A stretch of 64,000 nt of DNA from contig JACQSK010000012.1 in assembly GCA_016205975.1 (NCBI GenBank), positions 15,210 through 79,209 of the forward strand, written 5' to 3'. Below, piece by piece: positions 51,583-62,496 of the stretch. The position numbers and the translations under genes were made by a program. The notes beneath the pieces were generated by a model, which did not search any database, had not been told where the DNA came from, and was given only the letters and a program-made list of their open reading frames with translations. How positions within the stretch are numbered: position 1 is the stretch's first letter; the number at the start of each line of letters is the position of its first letter. The DNA is from Candidatus Uhrbacteria bacterium (GTDB lineage Bacteria > Patescibacteriota > Patescibacteriia > UBA9934 > GWF2-40-263).

Positions 51583-53360
51583 ATGGACCCCAAAGATGAG
51601 ATCAAACAAAAGCTCGATATCCTGGATCTCGTGAGCGAGTATGTCGTTCTGAAGCCATCCGGTTCCACCGGGTTTAAGGGCCTCTGCCCGTTCCACTCCG
51701 AGAAATCCCCGTCCTTCCATGTCTCTCAAGACCGCCAGAGCTGGCATTGTTTTGGATGCAATGAGGGCGGAGACTGTTTTGCGTTTGTGATGAAGATGGA
51801 CGGTATGACGTTCCCAGAGGCGCTCATGCACCTGGGGAAAAAGACGGGCGTGGAGGTGCGGCGGCTTCCCACGGCGGAGACGAACACGAAGGCGAGGATG
51901 TATCAGGTGAACGAGCTCGGGCAGAAGTTTTTTCGCAAAGTCCTTTTGGATTCCTCAAGCGCATCCGCGGCGCGCGCGTACGTCGAGTCGCGCGGGATTC
52001 CTGCGGAGCTGGCAGAGCTGTTTGGCCTTGGCTATGCGCCTGACGAGTGGGACGCGCTCTCCCAGTTTTTTCGCAAGCGAGGATTCTCTGAGCTGGAGCT
52101 CATTGAAGCAGGACTCTCTCTGAAGAAAAAAAGCGGCACGGGAGTGATTGACCGCTTCCGCCATCGCCTCATGATCCCGCTGCGCGATCATCACGGGAAC
52201 ACGGTTGGGTTTACGGGGCGCAGCCTGCCGGGCGACGACCAGGGGCCGAAGTACATGAACTCTCCCGAGACGCCGATTTATCATAAGGGGAGCTTGCTGT
52301 TCGGGCTGGATCTCGCCAAGCGGACGATTCGAGAAAAAGAGTTCGTCGTGGTTGTGGAGGGGAACTTGGACGTTGTGGCCTCCCACAAGGCCGGCGTGCA
52401 CAACGTCGTGGCAAGCTCGGGGACGGCCTTCACGCAAGATCAGCTCCTCTTGCTTAAGCGCTACACCGAGACGATCGTGTTCGCGTTCGATGCGGACGCG
52501 GCCGGTTTTGCCGCGGCCAAGAAGGGCATCAGTCTGGCGCGCGCGGCTGGGTTTGATTTGCGCGCCGCGATTTTGTCCGAGGGCGTCAAGGATCCGGACG
52601 AGCTCGTGCAAAAGGATCCAGGCGCCTGGGAAGCGCTCATCATGACGTCTGTTCCGATCATGGAGTTTTTGATCGCGCACGTGACCCTCGGGAAAGACTT
52701 GCGTCGGATCGACGACAAGCGCGCAGTGGCCAAGGAGCTCTTGCCAGCGATCGCGGAGATGTCCTCGGTCGTGGAGCGCGAGCATTGGCTGCAGGTCGTC
52801 GCGGACTTGTTGCAGATTTCGGCGGAGCAGCTTCGGACTTCCTTGCCTCACGAGGCAATCGCACCCAGGCCGAAGCCTGGGTCTACCGAGGTTCGGCCTG
52901 CTCGTTCGTCGATTTCCAAAGATGAGCAAGCGCGCCGTATTCTCTTGGGCTACGCCATCCAAACCCAGCCGCAATTTGACAGACTGCGCGCGCGGCTTGC
53001 GTCCGTGAGCCAGGCTTCAGAGCTGTGGATAATTCTTTACAATCTGGCCTGCAACGCGTATGATCCTAGCAGTCAATCAGCACAAACCTCATTTTTTTCG
53101 CGGATTCGTTCCCTGACGGCCGGCCATCCCAACCAAGAAGCCCTCGAGGCACTTCTTGATACATCTATTTTGATGGCCGAAGTCACGTTTCAGGACATCC
53201 CTGAAAACCAAGTGCTGGCTCAGATTGAGGATCTCTTTGCTCTCCTGAACACGCTCTCCACAAGCCATGAGCGTGAAGTGTTGGCGCGCGCCTTGCGCCA
53301 AGCGGAGCTTGCAGGAGATCAAGAAGAGGTCAAGCGTTTGTTAAGCACCATGCCTCGATT

Positions 53361-53364
<4 letters not shown>
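51583..53364 (+). CDS. dnaG: DNA primase
   Basis: [16 protein letters not shown] Zn ribbon, [26 protein letters not shown]. Confidence 0.97.
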
Positions 53365-54590
<1,226 letters not shown>

Positions 54591-54616
54591 ATGGAAAGCA
54601 GGCCGCAGGGCCTGCT

Positions 54617-54662
54617 TTATTGACAGTCAGTTATTGACAGTCAGCGTTGAAGTTCTTATACT
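54617..54662 (+). promoter_or_regulatory. Sigma-70 promoter with a tandem 14-bp duplication of the -35 region
   Basis: ttattgacagtcag x2 (54617-54644); TTGACA(54634)-17-TATACT(54657). Confidence 0.7.
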
Positions 54663-54699
54663 CTCGTTCTGATTGAGTTCTGACAACCCAGGAGCGGTC

Positions 54700-55269
54700 A
54701 TGAACGTACAGAAGATTCAGACGGGTCCGTTGAGCCTCTACGTCCAAGGCGAGGTGCGCGAAGAGATGCGCGGGGGACACATGGAGGACCGCGTTTTTGC
54801 CTCGACGATTGATCACCTGATCGTCGTGTGCACGGACGCGGTGATCATCAACCGTGTGCGCCGCACGCTGTATCTGTGTCGTCGGTGCGTGCGCCCCATG
54901 AGAGGTCTCTGGGTGATCGGCGGACGTCGTCGCAAAGGCGAAACGCCGCTTGCGGCGATGAGCGCTCGATTCCAGCGCGAAACAGGTTTGGTTCTTCCGC
55001 AAGAACGGTTTGTCTTCTTGATGGTCACCGAGTATCTCTGGCAGGATCGCGAGCAGGAGCCCGCAGACCGCGGGATGCACTACCTCGGCCATCAGTTCGT
55101 CGTCGAGCTCACCAACAGAGAGCTCTTGTACGCCACCTTGCACCTTGAGCCAACGGAGTTCGACCGGGCCTACGGCATCCAGGAGTTCACGCGAGACCGT
55201 CTCGTTTGTGAAGACGTCCACCCCGTCTTGCTGGAGATCTACGATTCCATCTTTTCAGACGCCACTTGA
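54700..55269 (+). CDS. NUDIX hydrolase (GDP-mannose mannosyl hydrolase-like)
   Basis: WVIGGRRRKGETP.....RFQRETG Nudix box; AGGAG SD. Confidence 0.82.
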   Translation: MNVQKIQTGPLSLYVQGEVREEMRGGHMEDRVFASTIDHLIVVCTDAVIINRVRRTLYLCRRCVRPMRGLWVIGGRRRKGETPLAAMSARFQRETGLVLPQERFVFLMVTEYLWQDREQEPADRGMHYLGHQFVVELTNRELLYATLHLEPTEFDRAYGIQEFTRDRLVCEDVHPVLLEIYDSIFSDAT

Positions 55270-55296
55270 CACGCAACACCCTCATGGGTGTTTTTC

Positions 55297-55536
55297 TTAT
55301 GCCGCGTCTGGCATCTCGATCGGCTCGGCCGCCTCCTCGTCCTCCATGGGGATGGCGGTTTCTGCATCTTCGTCGTCCGCCACAAGCTGAACGCCTTTGT
55401 CATCTGGGTGGATGTCCGTAGCGGCGTGTTCGGCGGTTGGATCACCGTGGTCATGAAATTCCGCTCCGACCTTGGGCTTAAGATGCATAGGCGGCTCGGG
55501 GGCGTCGTAAACGGAGGCGGGTTGTTCTGGGTTCAT
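55297..55536 (-). CDS. Small acidic hypothetical protein
   Basis: 79-aa ORF, D/E/P-rich, AT-rich upstream region. Confidence 0.55.
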   Translation of the reverse strand: MNPEQPASVYDAPEPPMHLKPKVGAEFHDHGDPTAEHAATDIHPDDKGVQLVADDEDAETAIPMEDEEAAEPIEMPDAA

Positions 55537-55683
55537 AAAATGATTTATTGAATGATGTTTGAATGATAACGCAGATCAAAATTATTGCAACACGTTTCGC
55601 GTGTCTTGGTGCAGGGTTTCCCAACCGCAACGATTCCATCCGTGCTACGATATACTTGATGCAAGGTCGAACGACTAACTCGT

Positions 55684-56313
55684 ATGGAACATGAAATGGA
55701 GGTGATCAATGCCCAACAAGATCCAGAGGCGTTCGGCCGGCTGTACGATACGTACTACCAGCCCGTCTTTGGCTTTCTGTACAGCCGCACGGGACGCAGT
55801 GAGGTCGCCAAGGACTTGACCAGTGAGACGTTCTTCCAGGCGCTCAAGAACTTGCACCGATATAAGCCGCGCGCGGGAGCGAGCTTTAAGTCATGGCTTT
55901 TTGCGATCGCGGTGGCTCAGATCGGGAATTACTATCGGAGCCGCGCGCGCTTCCTTGAGGTCACTACGGACGAGGCGCCTGAGATTCTTGCGCCTGATGA
56001 TTTCCGTCCCGACGTCGCCTACCGAATGGGCGAGGACGCAGGGGAACTTGAGGCTCAGATCAGTCTTCTGCGACGCATGATGGGGAAGCTCAACCAGCGC
56101 CAGCAAGACATTTTAACTCTGCGTTTTTTTTCGCACATGAGCGTCCCGGACATCGCTGCAGCCTTGCGCATGAAGCAAGGGACGATCAAGTCGCACATTC
56201 ACCGCGCGCTGAAAAAACTCCAGGTGCTGATGCTCCAGGAGAGAGAAGACCGCGCGCGCGAAGCCTCTTTTCAAACACCTAACCTCTATGCACCCAGGAC
56301 CGCTCAAAATTGA
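55684..56313 (+). CDS. ECF sigma-70 factor
   Basis: AFGRLYD, DLTSETF, FKSWLFAIA, GTIKSHIHRA. Confidence 0.92.
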   Translation: MEHEMEVINAQQDPEAFGRLYDTYYQPVFGFLYSRTGRSEVAKDLTSETFFQALKNLHRYKPRAGASFKSWLFAIAVAQIGNYYRSRARFLEVTTDEAPEILAPDDFRPDVAYRMGEDAGELEAQISLLRRMMGKLNQRQQDILTLRFFSHMSVPDIAAALRMKQGTIKSHIHRALKKLQVLMLQEREDRAREASFQTPNLYAPRTAQN

Positions 56314-56722
56314 AGAACTGCTTGAGCGGATGGATTCTAGAGAGGTTCTCGGGGATCCCGCGCATCGCTACGAGCTTCGGCGCACACTTTTGTGCTCGCG
56401 GTTTTTCGACGTCGAGTGTGCGCGTCACTCCCGATGGAACAGGCTGCTCAGCTACACGGCGCCCCTGGTGGCCGGTGGGATGATGGTTGGTGTGTTCAGT
56501 CTGTTAGCCGTTTCGACTTCTTCAGATGGTGCTGAACCAGTGCTTCTTTCCATCAACGGAGAGGTCGCCGAATCCACGGACGAACCTAGCCAGGCGTTTC
56601 GTCCATTTGTCTCCAATCCTTCCGAGCCGGTCGTCCAGCTGGCTGATATCAATACGTTAGACCCAGAAGAATCCGTCCGTTTTGCGCCTCTGGCTGAACA
56701 CACGTTTGTGTTGACACAGTAA
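56288..56722 (+). CDS. Putative anti-sigma-like membrane protein
   Basis: Overlaps the ECF sigma 3' end; single TM helix. Confidence 0.55.
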   Translation: MHPGPLKIEELLERMDSREVLGDPAHRYELRRTLLCSRFFDVECARHSRWNRLLSYTAPLVAGGMMVGVFSLLAVSTSSDGAEPVLLSINGEVAESTDEPSQAFRPFVSNPSEPVVQLADINTLDPEESVRFAPLAEHTFVLTQ

Positions 56723-56760
56723 TATTGCTGTGCAGAGCCATGGGCGGTATGCTAGAGGTA

Positions 56761-56965
56761 GCTCCATGGAACTAATTTGGGCAAATCATTGGCTTCGGGT
56801 CTAGAACCGCTATCCTTTCGGGGGCAGCGCGAGGACCCCGCGGTAAACCCTCAACGGGTGCAGCAACGTTTGGACGCTTATCCGGTTTCGACTGGAGGCG
56901 CGTGCGAACAGCGTACCGGATAGCCGGTACCCGACTTCCGTAGGCCACATTTAGTTCAGTGGAGT
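56761..56965 (+). ncRNA. Candidate structured ncRNA (~205 nt), possibly 6S-like
   Basis: Promoter TTGCTG-17-TATGCT (56725-56753); nested end-to-end pairing; terminator 56969-56997; no convincing ORF. Confidence 0.6.
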
Positions 56966-57018
56966 CACAAAAAGACCTTCTTCGCGAAGGCCTTTTTGTT
57001 TGATCTGCGCGCCAGAGG

Positions 57019-57399
57019 TCAGGTATCTTTCCCGAAGGCAACGACGATCTTGTCTCTGAGAGCTTCACACAGCTTGCGCGACGGATGGGTTCCAGAAACA
57101 TACATGGGCTCAACCCAGCCTTTGGGTGTCGTGCGTGAGATCTCGTCAGCGACGAGATCTTTTACTATTTCACCAAACGAATAGGCATCCTGGTGCAAGT
57201 TGTCTCTCAGTCTTTCAAGAAATCGCGGGTTTTGAAATAAAGCCAGTGCTGGTTCAATAAACATTTCTAAGTCACCGGTTTTGACGAGATCATGTCGAAG
57301 GCTTGCGAGATCTATGGTTCCGAGTTTTTCACGGACAACTCCCAGCCGCGTTTCTCGATCGGCTTGAACTTCTCTGAGTTTTTGTTCGTAGGATGTCAT
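57019..57399 (-). CDS. Hypothetical protein (lower GC)
   Basis: 126-aa ORF downstream of mutY. Confidence 0.6.
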   Translation of the reverse strand: MTSYEQKLREVQADRETRLGVVREKLGTIDLASLRHDLVKTGDLEMFIEPALALFQNPRFLERLRDNLHQDAYSFGEIVKDLVADEISRTTPKGWVEPMYVSGTHPSRKLCEALRDKIVVAFGKDT

Positions 57400-57438
57400 A
57401 TATGAGATTTTTTGTGCTCGTGTCGCCCATAGAGCTTC

Positions 57439-58329
57439 CTAATTAGAGAGACTAAATTTGTTTCTGATTTTTTGAAGAAGCCCGTCCTTCACAAGTCCTT
57501 CGACCATCGTGTTTATCCAAGCTTGATCGAGTTTTTGATTAAAGGTTGTGTCTACGAGCGAACCAAATTCCCGATTCCCGACCTGACCCCGTTCGCGTAC
57601 GAGCTTGAGGATTCGGCCTCGGTAGATGCGGTCGGGGAACGGTTTGTTGCGATGCTTGCGCTCGTGGGCGGTTGCGATGGAGCGCTTGGGGATCTCGATT
57701 CGACCGGACATAAACAGTTTGGACGTTTTACAATCCTTGCGCAAGGGGCATGAGGCACACGTTGGGTTTTTGGTGCAGGTCGATGTCGCGAGATCAAAGA
57801 GGGCTTGAGGGATGTCGTAGTAACGTCCACGTTTTGGGAGGAATATTTCAGCCGTGTGGCGGATACGTTTGTCATCCTCCATCATTGGGAACGGTTGACC
57901 GAGCAGGAGTCTGCCGAGCACGCGGCGGATGTTCGTGTCGATCGGGAGCGTGCGCCGTCTTTGTGCGAACGCGCTCACCGCTGCGGCCGTGTAGGGGCCG
58001 ATGCCCTTGAGCGCGAGCCAACCAGACTCTGTCCTCGGGACGCCCCGCGCGGTCACTTCTCGCGCAATATCTCTGAGCACCAGTGCCCGACGGTTGTACC
58101 CGAGCCCTGCCCAGGCGTGGATCACCTCGGCGTTGGTCGCTGCGGCGAGCCTTGACCACGAGGGGAACTGCTTCACCCATCGCCGATACCATTCCTTCAC
58201 GCGATCCACCTGCGTTTGCTGTAGCATGATCTCACTCACGAGGATCCGATACGGATCGCGCGTCTGCCGCCAGGGGAGGGCACGGCCGTGCCGGTCGTAC
58301 CATTTCAAGAGTTTTGCCGCCGCGGTCAT
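57439..58329 (-). CDS. mutY: A/G-specific adenine glycosylase (short form)
   Basis: LPWR, VSEIMLQQTQV, WAGLGY, LKGIGPYTA, IDTNIRRV, Fe-S cysteines CTKNPTCASCPLRKDC. Confidence 0.93.
   Translation of the reverse strand: MTAAAKLLKWYDRHGRALPWRQTRDPYRILVSEIMLQQTQVDRVKEWYRRWVKQFPSWSRLAAATNAEVIHAWAGLGYNRRALVLRDIAREVTARGVPRTESGWLALKGIGPYTAAAVSAFAQRRRTLPIDTNIRRVLGRLLLGQPFPMMEDDKRIRHTAEIFLPKRGRYYDIPQALFDLATSTCTKNPTCASCPLRKDCKTSKLFMSGRIEIPKRSIATAHERKHRNKPFPDRIYRGRILKLVRERGQVGNREFGSLVDTTFNQKLDQAWINTMVEGLVKDGLLQKIRNKFSLSN
57565..57590 (-). repeat. Family B arm inside the mutY coding sequence
   Basis: aaattcccgattcccgacctgacccc, exact reverse complement of 27626-27651; encodes RGQVGNREF. Confidence 0.88.
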
Positions 58330-58910
58330 AGAACCCCAGCCTCCACCAGCGCATCGTAATGCGGACGACGGGTGCGGTAGAGGTACTCGATGATCTTTCC
58401 GCGCACAGGCGTTTGGTCAAGACCGATGTCCTGTGCGAATGCCTCGATCCGGTCGCGCGCCATGTCTCGATCGTCTTCCCGTTCAAGCATGAGCTCGATC
58501 TCTGCGACCGCATAGCCGAAGTCGCACACGTCCAAATCAATGTGGAAGTCGCCGCGTTTGTAACTATGGCGTTCTTTTCTGAGTGTGGCGAACGGTTTGT
58601 AGCCGGCCGCGAGCGTGTCGGCTTCCATGGAGCCGGCGCCGGGCAGTGCCAAGAACGCGCGGATGCCTTCCTCGTTTTCGATTTCGTCATAGGCCGTGGC
58701 GCCGAGTTTGTGGCCCAGTTCATGCACGCGGCGCTTGAGCTCCCACCGGCCATTGCGTTGTCGCAGCCAGTGGTCTTGTCTGGTGAGCCGATAGTCGTCG
58801 GTGTCCCAGTAGGTGTCCTCATTTGTTGTCGATCCAAGAAACTCCGATCCGTCCACGAGCCGTTCCTCCTGGCGCTTGTCCAAACGAAATTTTTTTTCTA
58901 CTTCGATCAT
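58326..58910 (-). CDS. CYTH-domain (triphosphate tunnel) protein
   Basis: IEVEKKF, DTYWD, WLRQR, AEIE motifs; overlaps the mutY start. Confidence 0.9.
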   Translation of the reverse strand: MIEVEKKFRLDKRQEERLVDGSEFLGSTTNEDTYWDTDDYRLTRQDHWLRQRNGRWELKRRVHELGHKLGATAYDEIENEEGIRAFLALPGAGSMEADTLAAGYKPFATLRKERHSYKRGDFHIDLDVCDFGYAVAEIELMLEREDDRDMARDRIEAFAQDIGLDQTPVRGKIIEYLYRTRRPHYDALVEAGVL

Positions 58911-58950
58911 AGAGAGGGCACAAAGGGGTAGAGGGAGCAGGGGGAGGAGA
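58911..58950 (+). repeat. Degenerate family A copy abutting the CYTH-mutY start codon
   Basis: agagagggcacaaaggggtagagggagcagggggagg; shares gggcacaaagggg with the ligA copy. Confidence 0.65.
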
Positions 58951-59070
58951 TAAGTTTACCCCAAAAGAAAGGGGCTTGACAGCTCCTTGCGGGCTTGTTC
59001 TCAACTGGTATCATATCTTCTACATAATTCATAAATTATTCCTAAGGCCTTAGGCCAAACGAAGTAAGGT

Positions 59071-59226
59071 ATGATTCAAACCTTCAGTGCTCTGACCGAT
59101 GATGAGTGGGGTGACGACGATAAAGACGTGGACGCAGAAGAAGAGTCAGACAAAGAGGAAGAAGACGAAGACGAGGCGAACGATATGGACATGGGGGATG
59201 ATGACGACGACAGCAACGAATGGTAA
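59071..59226 (+). CDS. 51-aa hyperacidic protein (not in the ORF track)
   Basis: MIQTFSALTDDEWGDDDKDVDAEEESDKEEEDEDEANDMDMGDDDDDSNEW; followed by terminator 59231-59263. Confidence 0.65.
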   Translation: MIQTFSALTDDEWGDDDKDVDAEEESDKEEEDEDEANDMDMGDDDDDSNEW

Positions 59227-59294
59227 ATGGAAAAATCAGGCCTTCTCAGGTCTGGTTTTTTTTGACCTCGGTCTGGCGTATACTACGCGCACCT

Positions 59295-59798
59295 ATGCGA
59301 CTCCCTACGCGCCGCGCCCAGAAATTGAAAATCGATCACGAAGCCGACGAGCCTTTGTATCTCACGCAGGACGGCTTGGATCGGTTAAAGCAAAAATTAG
59401 AACGCATCGAACGCGTTGATCTGCCGCAGGCCATTGCCGACGTTGCCGAAACGGGCCAGTTCGGAGACTTCTCGGAGAACGCCGAGTATCAAGAGGCCAA
59501 GGGGAGGATGCGTCGATTCCACGATCAGATCACCGGCATCAAGGAACGCCTCAAAAAAATCGTCGTGATCGAGAAGCCGACGGCATCGGAGGCGTCCGTG
59601 CAATTGGGATCGACCGTGGGGCTTGAGCAGACGGACGGGAAACGCAGAACGTTTGAGATCGTCGGGTCTCAGGAAACCGATCCGCTGCGTGGTAGGCTCT
59701 CCTTCAAGTCTCCCTTGGGCGCCAAGCTCTTGAATCGAACGGTCGGCGAGGAAGTGGACGTCCAAGGAATGCGATACAAAATTATCGAGATCACTTGA
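59295..59798 (+). CDS. greA: GreA/GreB family transcription elongation factor
   Basis: LTQDG, GDFSENAEY, VQLGSTV, SPLGAKL. Confidence 0.92.
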   Translation: MRLPTRRAQKLKIDHEADEPLYLTQDGLDRLKQKLERIERVDLPQAIADVAETGQFGDFSENAEYQEAKGRMRRFHDQITGIKERLKKIVVIEKPTASEASVQLGSTVGLEQTDGKRRTFEIVGSQETDPLRGRLSFKSPLGAKLLNRTVGEEVDVQGMRYKIIEIT

Positions 59799-59820
59799 CA
59801 CGAGCCCGATCTTCGCGGTA

Positions 59821-60459
59821 ATGAAGCATCATATGACACACCTTTTTCGCGCGAGTCTTTCCGGGTTCCTGGCCTTTGCCCTCTTTTTGAGCCTGATTCC
59901 CTCGGCCTCCGCCCACCAGAGCGTTACGAGCTATCTGCCGGCGTCCTTCTCCACATGGAGCACATACGGCTCTCCATCGGTCTCCTCTGACCGCGCTCTC
60001 ATCGAAGGCGCGCAAAGCGAGTGGGTCTGGATCGACCTGGACGCGAGCGAGCTCGCCGCCTCGACGATCGCGATTGCCTCTTATGCGGATAAGAGCGACC
60101 GCCGCACATCGGGCACAGCCTCACAGAGAAACAGCTCGGGCAATCCGTACATCTATGCCTACGCGATGGACGGCAACGGCAAGATCGTCAAATATCTTTC
60201 TGGGACTTCGCTCATGGCCACTACGCGCGCGGACGCCGACCAGGTGGTCTTCGGGATTTTTCCGATCATGAGCGGCGTGAAGACGGTCCGTGTCTTCTTG
60301 AAGCAGACCTCCGTGAACGGTATCAGCAACACGGGCGCGGACGTCGCGTTCATGCGCCCCGTGCTTGTGAAGGCCCCATCCGGAGGCCGCGCAATGGATC
60401 TCGTGAAAGCCTACGCGCGCCAGAATCTGGATCTCACCTATCGTAACATCACGAAGTAA
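59821..60459 (+). CDS. Secreted hypothetical protein
   Basis: Signal peptide ending ASA; beta-rich body; terminator at 60461-60495. Confidence 0.7.
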   Translation: MKHHMTHLFRASLSGFLAFALFLSLIPSASAHQSVTSYLPASFSTWSTYGSPSVSSDRALIEGAQSEWVWIDLDASELAASTIAIASYADKSDRRTSGTASQRNSSGNPYIYAYAMDGNGKIVKYLSGTSLMATTRADADQVVFGIFPIMSGVKTVRVFLKQTSVNGISNTGADVAFMRPVLVKAPSGGRAMDLVKAYARQNLDLTYRNITK

Positions 60460-60519
60460 TCAAAACGGCCGCCGTGTTTGAGGGGCGGTCGTTTTACATT
60501 TGTGCTAAACTAAGACCCT

Positions 60520-61785
60520 ATGCCACGAACAGAACTTGATCAGGAACAGTTTTACGGACTCGGCATTGCGCCGACGCTTTTGGAGAGATTGGAATCGCTG
60601 GGGTTCAAGCATCCCACGCCGATCCAATTCAAGGCGATTCCGGTCGCCACCGCCGGCGATGACGTCATCGGTATTGCCCAGACGGGAACGGGCAAGACGC
60701 TCGCGTTTTCGATTCCGATGCTCCAGCAGATGTCCGCCCGCGGGAAGATGGGCCTGGTGCTTTTGCCCACGCGCGAGCTAGCCGTGCAGGTCGAGGAAAC
60801 GCTGCGCAAGCTCGCCGGTCCGCTCGGACTGCGCACGGCCGTGTTGATCGGCGGTACGTCCATGGGGCCGCAGCTGAAGGCCTTGCGCGCCAAGCCGCAC
60901 GTCATTGTCGCGACCCCTGGGCGTCTCATCGACCATCTCGAACAAAAAAACGTAAAGCTCGACCGCGTGGGCGTGCTCGTGTTAGACGAGGCGGACCGCA
61001 TGCTCGATATGGGCTTTGCCCCGCAGCTTAAAAAGATTCTCGTCACCGTTCCAACCGATCGGCAGACGATGCTTTTTTCCGCCACCATGCCCGAGGAGAT
61101 CGCCAAGATCGCGCGCACGTACATGAAGTCTCCGTTGCGCGTGGAAGTAGCGCCGTCGGGAACGGCCGCAGAAAAAGTCGACCAAGAAGTTTACATCGTC
61201 CCCAAGGCCGAGAAGACGCAGCTCCTGGCGCGTTTGCTCAAAGAGTATAAAGGGACTGTGCTGGTGTTCACGCGAACCAAGCATGGCGCGCGCAAAGTTG
61301 CCCGTGACATCCAGCACATGACCCACACGGTGAGCGAGATCCACTCCAACCGTTCCCAGCATCAACGTCAGGACGCGCTCAAAGGTTTTTCTTCGGGCAA
61401 GTATCGCGTGATGGTCGCCACCGACATTGCCGCGCGCGGCATCGACGTCAAGAACATCGAGCTCGTCATCAATTACGACCTGCCTGACCATACGGAGGAT
61501 TATGTACACCGCATCGGGCGAACCGGACGCGCGGGCATGGCTGGCAAAGCGATCTCGCTTGCGGATCCTGCACAGAAGGCCGATATCCGTCAGATCGAGC
61601 GATTGATTCGAAAAGACCTGCAAGTTAAAACGCCCTCAGGGGAGTTGGTTGATCGTTCCCGCGACGCGGCGGTGCCTCAAGGTTCTTCGCAGAATCGCCG
61701 CGCTCCGCGTCCGCCCATGCGCGGAGGGAACCGGTCGCACAGGGGAGGTGGGCGCTCGGGAGGCGATCGCGGGCGATCGCGTTAA
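60520..61785 (+). CDS. DEAD-box RNA helicase (RhlE-like)
   Basis: AQTGTGKT, PTRELA, TPGRL, DEAD, SAT, ARGID, HRIGRTGR; RG-rich tail. Confidence 0.96.
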   Translation: MPRTELDQEQFYGLGIAPTLLERLESLGFKHPTPIQFKAIPVATAGDDVIGIAQTGTGKTLAFSIPMLQQMSARGKMGLVLLPTRELAVQVEETLRKLAGPLGLRTAVLIGGTSMGPQLKALRAKPHVIVATPGRLIDHLEQKNVKLDRVGVLVLDEADRMLDMGFAPQLKKILVTVPTDRQTMLFSATMPEEIAKIARTYMKSPLRVEVAPSGTAAEKVDQEVYIVPKAEKTQLLARLLKEYKGTVLVFTRTKHGARKVARDIQHMTHTVSEIHSNRSQHQRQDALKGFSSGKYRVMVATDIAARGIDVKNIELVINYDLPDHTEDYVHRIGRTGRAGMAGKAISLADPAQKADIRQIERLIRKDLQVKTPSGELVDRSRDAAVPQGSSQNRRAPRPPMRGGNRSHRGGGRSGGDRGRSR

Positions 61786-61797
61786 GATTTTCAACGT

Positions 61798-62496
61798 GTG
61801 CAGACACGACTCAACAAATTTTTATCCGAGCGCGGCGTCTGCTCGCGTCGCGCGGCAGATGCGTTCATCGCGGCGGGGCAGGTGAAGGTGAACGGGAGAG
61901 TGGCGCCACTGGGACTCCTGGTCAGCGAAGAAGACGAGATCACGGTGCAGGGAAAGACGCTCACGCAAAAAAGACCCGCGAAGGCCTATTTGGCTTTTCA
62001 CAAGCCGGTCGGGATCATGACCAGCGTGGATCCGCGGGCCAAGGATACCGTGCGGTCGTTCCTGAACTTAGAGAACCATATTTTTTCCGTCGGCCGTTTG
62101 GACGTGGCCTCGAGCGGTCTGCTCATCCTCACCAACGACGGCGATCTGGCTGAGCGCATCACGCACCCCCGGTTCGATCACGAGAAAGAGTACGTTGTGA
62201 CGGTGGACCAAGCGATCAAGCAAGACGATCTGCGCACGATGTCCGAGGGTATGATGATTCTGGGCTCGCGCACCAAACCGTCTCAGGCAAAAAAAATCGG
62301 CGAGAATCGATTTACGATGATTCTCACCGAGGGGCGCAACCGCCAGATCCGGCGCATGTGTGAGGCGTTGGGCTACGAGGTCAAAGCGCTCAAGCGCACG
62401 CGGGTGATGAATATCAAACTCGGGAGTTTGCCCAGCGGAAAGGTCAGGCCGCTCACGCCTTCGGAGCTGAAAGAATTGCGCCGGCAACTTACTTGA
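61798..62496 (+). CDS. rRNA pseudouridine synthase (RsuA/RluB/RluF family)
   Basis: S4 domain (RLNKFL..CSRR), GRLD, LTNDG, EGRNRQIRRM. Confidence 0.94.
   Translation: MQTRLNKFLSERGVCSRRAADAFIAAGQVKVNGRVAPLGLLVSEEDEITVQGKTLTQKRPAKAYLAFHKPVGIMTSVDPRAKDTVRSFLNLENHIFSVGRLDVASSGLLILTNDGDLAERITHPRFDHEKEYVVTVDQAIKQDDLRTMSEGMMILGSRTKPSQAKKIGENRFTMILTEGRNRQIRRMCEALGYEVKALKRTRVMNIKLGSLPSGKVRPLTPSELKELRRQLT

Noticed and set aside
56761-56965. RNase P RNA, tmRNA or SRP identity for the candidate RNA
   Set aside because: It has GGTAAACCC and GGTTTCGAC fragments but lacks GAGGAAAGTCC and CR-V, the tRNA-like ends, and the SRP CAGG..GGAA..AGCAG motif.
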